From Halodesulfurarchaeum sp. (lineage in GTDB: Archaea > Halobacteriota > Halobacteria > Halobacteriales > Halobacteriaceae), in the NCBI GenBank assembly GCA_034520565.1, contig JAXHNL010000002.1:512001-576000 (forward strand): a stretch of DNA of 64,000 nucleotides, written 5' to 3'. The position numbers and the translations under genes are program-made. Under the pieces are notes generated by a model. It was not told where the DNA came from, did not search any database, and was given only the letters and a program-made list of their open reading frames with translations. Below are positions 61,887 to 64,000 of the stretch, in pieces. Position 1 is the first letter of the stretch. Each line of letters starts with the position of its first letter.

Positions 61887-63227
61887 ATGCGCTCGTATCT
61901 CTCGAAGATGGTGACGACGACGACGCTTCCGCCCCGGGAACGGCGGGAAGAACTCGTCGCCGAGGCAGGCTACAACGTCTTCAATCTCGACTCCTCGGCG
62001 GTCTACGTCGACCTGCTCACCGACAGCGGCACCGGGACCATGAGCGACGAACAGTGGGCGGCCCTCTTCCGCGGCGACGAGGCTTACGCCGGCAGTTCGA
62101 GCTTCGCAGCCCTCGAGGAAGCCGTCGAGGCGGTCATGGGCTTCGAGCACGTCGTGCCCGCCCACCAGGGGCGAGGCGCCGAGAACGTCCTCTATGGCAT
62201 CCTCTTCGAAGAGGGCGATGTCGTCCCGAACAACACCCACTTCGACACGACGCGTGCCCACGTCGCAAACGCCGGGGCCGAGCCAATCGACTGCCCGGTC
62301 GAAGACGCCATGGACCCCGAGACCGGCGGGGACTTCAAGGGTAACCTGGACGTCGAGGCCGTTCGCTCGCTGGCCGACGAACACGGCAGCGAGGCGATTC
62401 CCGCTGTCATCTTGACGATCACGAACAACTCGGCCGCAGGCCAACCAGTGAGTATGAAAAACACCCGGCAGGCAAAGGGACTCGCGGACGAACTGGGGGT
62501 TCCGCTGGTCGTCGACGCCTGCCGCTTTGCCGAGAACGCGTACTTCATCCAGCAGCGAGAGCCGGGGTACGCGGACGCGCCGGTCGCCGAAATCGCTCGG
62601 GAACAGCTCTCGTATGCCGACGCGCTGGTTATGAGTGCGAAAAAGGACGGCATTACAAACATCGGGGGGTTCGTCGCCGTTCGTGATCCGGACCTGTTCG
62701 AGCGGGTGAAACAGCGGGCGATCCTCTACGAGGGCTTTTCGACCTACGGCGGGATGGCCGGCCGGGACATCGAAGCGCTCGCGGTCGGACTCCGGGAGGC
62801 CGTCGAGGACGAGTACGTCGCCCAGCGGGTGGGCCAGACCCGGGAACTCGGGCAGCGCCTCGCGGACGCGGGGGTGCCTGTATACGAGCCGATCGGGGGC
62901 CACGCCGTCTACATCGACGCCGCCGCGGCCCTTCCGCACGTTCCCGACGACCAGTTCCCGGGCCAGGCGCTGGTCGTGGAACTCTACCGCGAGGGCGCGG
63001 TGCGCGGGGTCGAACTCGGGAGTTTCGCCTTCCCGGAAACCGACCGCCCGGAACTCGTCCGGCTCGCGCTCCCCCGGCGAACCTACCATCGCGAGCACAT
63101 CGACCACGTCGTCGAGACCGCGGCGGCCGTGCTGGACCGATCCGAGTCCGTGCCGGGCTACGAGGTCGTCTGGGAGCCGCCCCGGAAGGAACTCCGCCAC
63201 TTCTCGGCCGAACTCGAACCGGTCTGA
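61887..63227 (+). CDS. tnaA: Tryptophanase (beta-eliminating lyase family)
   Basis: DLLTDSGT, GDEAYAGS, HQGRGAE, HFDTT, TNNSAAGQPVS, MSAKKD, GGHAVY, RLALPRRTY. Confidence 0.85.
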   Translation: MRSYLSKMVTTTTLPPRERREELVAEAGYNVFNLDSSAVYVDLLTDSGTGTMSDEQWAALFRGDEAYAGSSSFAALEEAVEAVMGFEHVVPAHQGRGAENVLYGILFEEGDVVPNNTHFDTTRAHVANAGAEPIDCPVEDAMDPETGGDFKGNLDVEAVRSLADEHGSEAIPAVILTITNNSAAGQPVSMKNTRQAKGLADELGVPLVVDACRFAENAYFIQQREPGYADAPVAEIAREQLSYADALVMSAKKDGITNIGGFVAVRDPDLFERVKQRAILYEGFSTYGGMAGRDIEALAVGLREAVEDEYVAQRVGQTRELGQRLADAGVPVYEPIGGHAVYIDAAAALPHVPDDQFPGQALVVELYREGAVRGVELGSFAFPETDRPELVRLALPRRTYHREHIDHVVETAAAVLDRSESVPGYEVVWEPPRKELRHFSAELEPV

Positions 63228-63255
63228 TCGCCACTGGGTCGGCTTTTGTCTCGAT

Positions 63256-63915
63256 TCACCGCCCTGCACGGAGGCGTTCTGCCGTTCTGAGCGGCAAATC
63301 GGCCGCCGCCACTGCCCGCTCGACCCGGCTGATGTCGTAGGTCACCCGGCGGGTCTCGACGCGTTTCGAATCCAGATCGAGAACCGCGTAGGCCGCCTTG
63401 GGGTCACGGTCCCGCGGCTGGCCGACGCTCCCCGGGTTGAGCACGATCCCATCTGCTGTCTGCTCGACGTGCTGGACGTGAGTGTGGCCCAGGACGAGCA
63501 CCGACTCCTCGCCGAGCATGCCCGGACCGAACTCCTCCGGGTACGTGTATCGGTCGGGGTCATCGGGATGACCGTGCACGATTTTGACCCGGCCGTCGAA
63601 CAGGGTGCGGTCGGGAGGCAGTTCGGCGAGGAACTCGACCTGCTCGGCCGAGAGCTGTTCCCGTGCGTAGCTCACCCCTGCCCGGGCCATCTCGTTTCCC
63701 CGGAAGTTGCCGCGGCTCGCGACCATTCGGTCGTGGTTCCCCTGCACGCAGGGCACCTCACGATCCCGCATCCGCTCTACGACCTCGGCTGGCCAGGGGT
63801 TGTATCCGACGAGGTCCCCGGCACAGACCAGGCTGTCGACAACCGGCATATCAGCGAGCACGGCTTCGAGGGCCGGCAGGTTCGCGTGGATGTCGGACAC
63901 GATCCCGACCTGCAT
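63256..63915 (-). CDS. Metallophosphoesterase family protein
   Basis: SDIHAN, GDLVGY, GNHD, GHTH, NPGSVGQPRD. Confidence 0.9.
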   Translation of the reverse strand: MQVGIVSDIHANLPALEAVLADMPVVDSLVCAGDLVGYNPWPAEVVERMRDREVPCVQGNHDRMVASRGNFRGNEMARAGVSYAREQLSAEQVEFLAELPPDRTLFDGRVKIVHGHPDDPDRYTYPEEFGPGMLGEESVLVLGHTHVQHVEQTADGIVLNPGSVGQPRDRDPKAAYAVLDLDSKRVETRRVTYDISRVERAVAAADLPLRTAERLRAGR

Positions 63916-64000
63916 GGATCCACGTTCGGAACCGAGCCGGATGGGCGTTACTCTCCGTGATAGACGGCCACGTCGAACCCCGCCGTGTCCCGGATGACTC

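Overview
GC-rich haloarchaeal (class Halobacteria) chromosome segment around the main replication origin. Core genes, in order: ftsY 3' end, srp54, two MgtE-type transporters, a UPF0200-UPF0201 fusion, amino-acid permease/USP, osmC-like, ltaE, rad3/XPD helicase, argG-argH-argW-argX, thrC, metX, ligA, uvrC, uvrB, thiBPQ, oapABC, oriC1 with ORBs, cdc6/orc1, sec11, polD small subunit, lysC, lplA-like, lipA and tnaA. An intron-containing tRNA-Arg(TCT) at 4872-4976 anchors a mostly AT-rich island of about 15 kb (~4955-20310) that appears to have been built by tandem integration. Unit 1 is an intact ~9 kb integrative rolling-circle element with HUH Rep, a CARF-wHTH regulator, a type IIG-like restriction-modification gene, a repressor and an SNJ2-like tyrosine integrase. 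Unit 2 is a decayed relative with a variant-PLD protein, a wHTH + dGTPase operon and two back-to-back integrase remnants. Unit 3 is a soluble + 4-TM two-gene module resembling membrane defence systems. The units are separated by a repeated ~110-120 bp hairpin module bracketed by copies of the tRNA 3' end. Also notable is an Arg-rich uORF with alternative hairpins upstream of argG, a candidate archaeal attenuator. Three single-base frameshifts (wHTH ~7795, RM ~10684, cdc6 ~54418) suggest the assembly may contain indel errors. All family calls come from motif recognition by eye, not database searches.
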